Source: Azolla caroliniana (Eukaryota; Plantae; Polypodiophyta). From it: DNA of 11,392 nt. Below the pieces are notes generated by a model. That model searched no databases and was not told the origin of the DNA. It worked only from the letters and a program-made list of their open reading frames with translations. The position numbers and the translations under genes are program-made. Where the stretch lies: contig JBHGNT010001160.1 in assembly GCA_043228905.1 (NCBI GenBank), positions 1-11,392 of the forward strand. The letters run 5' to 3'. Shown one piece after another: positions 9,521 to 11,392 of the stretch; the stretch's first letter is position 1, and every line of letters begins with the position of its first letter.

Positions 9521-9583
9521 GGTGTCAGGCTTTCTTTTTTAGGAAATAGGTCCCTCCGGATGGGAAGTGAGAACAATAGTGTC

Positions 9584-9663
9584 GATGTGGTGTACCCGGC
9601 AACGGAAGACCCGATGAGAACCGGATGTGGGGTACCCGGCAACGGAAGACCCGGTGAGAACCG
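9584..9663. repeat. 40-bp tandem repeat x2 in the leader/LTR edge of element A
   Basis: GATGTGGTGTACCCGGCAACGGAAGACCCGATGAGAACCG and a copy at 9624 (38/40). It is cut by LTR F. Confidence 0.9.
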
Positions 9664-10041
9664 GTGTCGTGAAGATTTTCGGCAATAGTGTGAAAATCCC
9701 ATAAAACGTACAAAATCGAGTATGAATCACATAATACAATAATTGTGAAGATAACATTTTAAATAAATTTAAGTACAAAATGATGGAGGTTTCAAATGCA
9801 CTTTATTACACGAGAAACAGACAACTAAATGTCAAGATATGAGGGTATAAAGTTTGTGAAAGGAAAAGAGAAAATTGTGAGATATCCCACATAGGCACGA
9901 CAAATATGGTTCTCATCATATATAAGGTAGAGCAAAAGATATTATCTTTGTGTCTATGTGTGGAGCATAGAGAGTTCAAGGTAACTTGAACTAAGAGTGG
10001 AGGTGGGCTAGCTACTCGTAAAGGGTTTTGGCCAACCAAAA

Positions 10042-10200
10042 CCGGACCGGTGATGGAGCTGGAGACACCGGCGTCCGGCGGCAATCCGGCGATGGCGAGG
10101 CACCAGTAACCGATGGCATCCGGTAACCAACGGCAACCGGCGACGGCATCCGACGAGGCACCGGTAACCGACGACATCCGACGAACCGGTGTCCGGCGAC
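10042..10200. repeat. GC-rich CCGG-dense degenerate repeat island in LTR F
   Basis: About ten CCGG sites. A 27-bp direct repeat sits at 10096-10122 vs 10154-10180. The boundary with the AT tract at 10201 is sharp. Confidence 0.8.
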
Positions 10201-10240
10201 TAGATAAATAAATATATAAATATATATACATATAGAAGGA

Positions 10241-10311
10241 GGACAAGTAAGGATTCGAACCTTGCACCTCCAAGTTAGGAGTCAATTGGCTTACCATTAA
10301 GCCATGCCATT
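10241..10311 (-). ncRNA. tRNA-derived (Arg-CCT-like) pseudo-tRNA / Pol III module in U3 of LTR F
   Basis: The minus strand reads TGGCTTAATGGTAAGC (A box; D-stem GCTT/AAGC), loop CTCCTAA, variable AGGTG, and T-arm CAAGG-TTCGAAT-CCTTA (B box GGTTCGAATCC, 10251-10261). Acceptor and anticodon stems are degenerate, so it is not a functional tRNA. Confidence 0.72.
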
Positions 10312-10783
10312 TAGTTGAATTTATATTTCTATCATTGTACTTTTACGTGTAAATTCTCATACATGAGAGCTAAAATGAGTGACATGGTTATCATGCACCA
10401 CATGTAATACATAAGCGCCAAATGGCAAGCATGCATTTTATGCATGTCTTATACCCTCACATGCATCATATGCATGAGAGGATCTATAAAAGAAGGAAGG
10501 GGGAGGAGAAAAAAGACGTTTTTTTTGGGTTATGAAATTAAGAAGAAGAAATTTGTTATCAAATTGATCGTGTAACTTGTTTCTTAAATCTAAAGATAAA
10601 AAGTTCAATCAATCTCTCTCAATCGTTTAATCTCAACTTCTCTCTTTCCCAATCTATCTTAAGTACTTTCTCGCTAAAGCTTGCGCCAAAGCTTGTACCG
10701 ACTTTGAATCCTTCCGGTCCAGAACCCCGGCGGTTCCGCCTCACGATCCGCGCGTAGTGACGGATCTTCACGACATAATTAAG

Positions 10784-10801
10784 TGGTGAACCCGACGTGA
10801 A
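10784..10801 (+). other. Primer binding site complementary to tRNA-Trp 3' end
   Basis: TGGTGAACCCGACGTGAA is the reverse complement of the plant tRNA-Trp 3' end as I recall it (TTCACGTCGGGTTCACCA). Confidence 0.85.
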
Positions 10802-10842
10802 AGAGGCAGTAGGAAGGATCAAGTTGAGATTAATACTTGGAG

Positions 10843-11392
10843 ATGGCGTCCTCAAGCAACCAAGCAGGAGAGCTCGAAAGGATGATGCTAATCGTCGAGC
10901 AAATGATGAGATCTCGGGACAACGACGCGAGCGTGGAAAAGGTTGTCGATCGTGTCGTAGAGCTCGAGGGCCAATTCGATGGAAGGAACGTTACGAAGTT
11001 CCTTGATGCATATAGAAGGGAGATGAATCAAAGGGACGTGTCCGAGGCACGTCAAATCGTAAGCTTCAAGAGAGTTGTCACCAACAACATCCAAAGACGC
11101 ATCATCGAGCTTCAAGAAGGTAAGACAACATGGTCCGAGTTCGAGAAAACGATACTAGCGGAGTTCGTGACTGAAGACTCAACGAGGATGAGTCGACATG
11201 CCCTGATGAAGTGGATAGAGAAGAAGAATAAGAAGATGAGCGTCTCGAGGGTGTACGATGAATTCGACCAGATGTTTAGTCGTCTCCCCAATACGGACCA
11301 AGTGTTGCTTGAAGAGGACAAGACTTTGTACTTCTTGAAGGCCGTGGACATAAAGGATAGACGGGAGTTGGGGACTCTTCTCGAAGATGATA
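10843..11392 (+). CDS. gag: gag (capsid-like) of element F, 3'-partial, >=183 codons; absent from the ORF track because it has no stop in the window
   Basis: ATG 41 nt after the PBS opens MASSSNQAGELERMMLIVEQ...GQFDGRNVTKFLDAYRREM...TTWSEFEKTILAEF...LYFLKAVDIKDRRELG with no stop to the window end. Confidence 0.88.
   Translation, partial: MASSSNQAGELERMMLIVEQMMRSRDNDASVEKVVDRVVELEGQFDGRNVTKFLDAYRREMNQRDVSEARQIVSFKRVVTNNIQRRIIELQEGKTTWSEFEKTILAEFVTEDSTRMSRHALMKWIEKKNKKMSVSRVYDEFDQMFSRLPNTDQVLLEEDKTLYFLKAVDIKDRRELGTLLEDD

Larger units (their letters stand above)
4027..9664 (-). mobile_element. Element A: decayed non-chromovirus Ty3/Gypsy element (Athila/Tat-like RT), interrupted at both ends by younger elements
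   Basis: Minus-strand order is gag, zinc knuckles, protease, RT, RH, IN, with many stops and frameshifts. Confidence 0.93.
9665..10775 (+). repeat. 5' LTR of element F (1111 bp)
   Basis: TGTCGTGAAGAT (9665-9676) and ATCTTCACGACA (10764-10775) are perfect inverted repeats. TATAAAA is at 10485-10491 and the PBS follows the LTR. Confidence 0.9.
9665..11392 (+). mobile_element. Element F: 5' end of a young LTR retrotransposon (probably Ty3/Gypsy), running off the window
   Basis: LTR with a perfect 12-bp terminal inverted repeat, tRNA-Trp PBS and uninterrupted gag-like ORF. Confidence 0.9.

Noticed and set aside
9806-10297. 163-aa minus-strand ORF
   Set aside because: It lies wholly in LTR F, crosses the tRNA-like head, AT tract and GC repeats, and has no recognisable domain.
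10241-10311. Functional tRNA-Arg(CCT) gene
   Set aside because: Acceptor and anticodon stems do not pair in register, so it is kept only as a tRNA-derived module.

Overview
The whole window is nested plant LTR-retrotransposon DNA with no host gene. The element types resemble those of mosses such as Physcomitrium, which is my recollection rather than a search result. Six layers can be resolved. (A) A decayed minus-strand non-chromovirus Ty3/Gypsy element (4027-9664: gag, PR, RT, RH, IN) is the host. (B) A minus-strand Ty1/Copia 5' end (2347-4026) is inserted in A's integrase. (C) A solo Gypsy-type LTR (3082-3930, 4-bp TSD ACGC) sits inside B's LTR. (D) The 3' end of a plus-strand chromovirus (1-2346) is inserted in B's gag. 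(E) An AT-rich DNA-transposon-like fragment (4569-4896) lies in A's RH-IN linker. (F) A young plus-strand element has a 1111-bp LTR (9665-10775), a tRNA-Trp PBS and an open gag that runs off the right edge. The most striking observation is that the dissimilar LTRs of D and F each carry an antisense tRNA-like A-box/B-box (Pol III) module about 180-200 bp upstream of the TATA box. D's LTR also has a dense heat-shock-element array between that module and the TATA.
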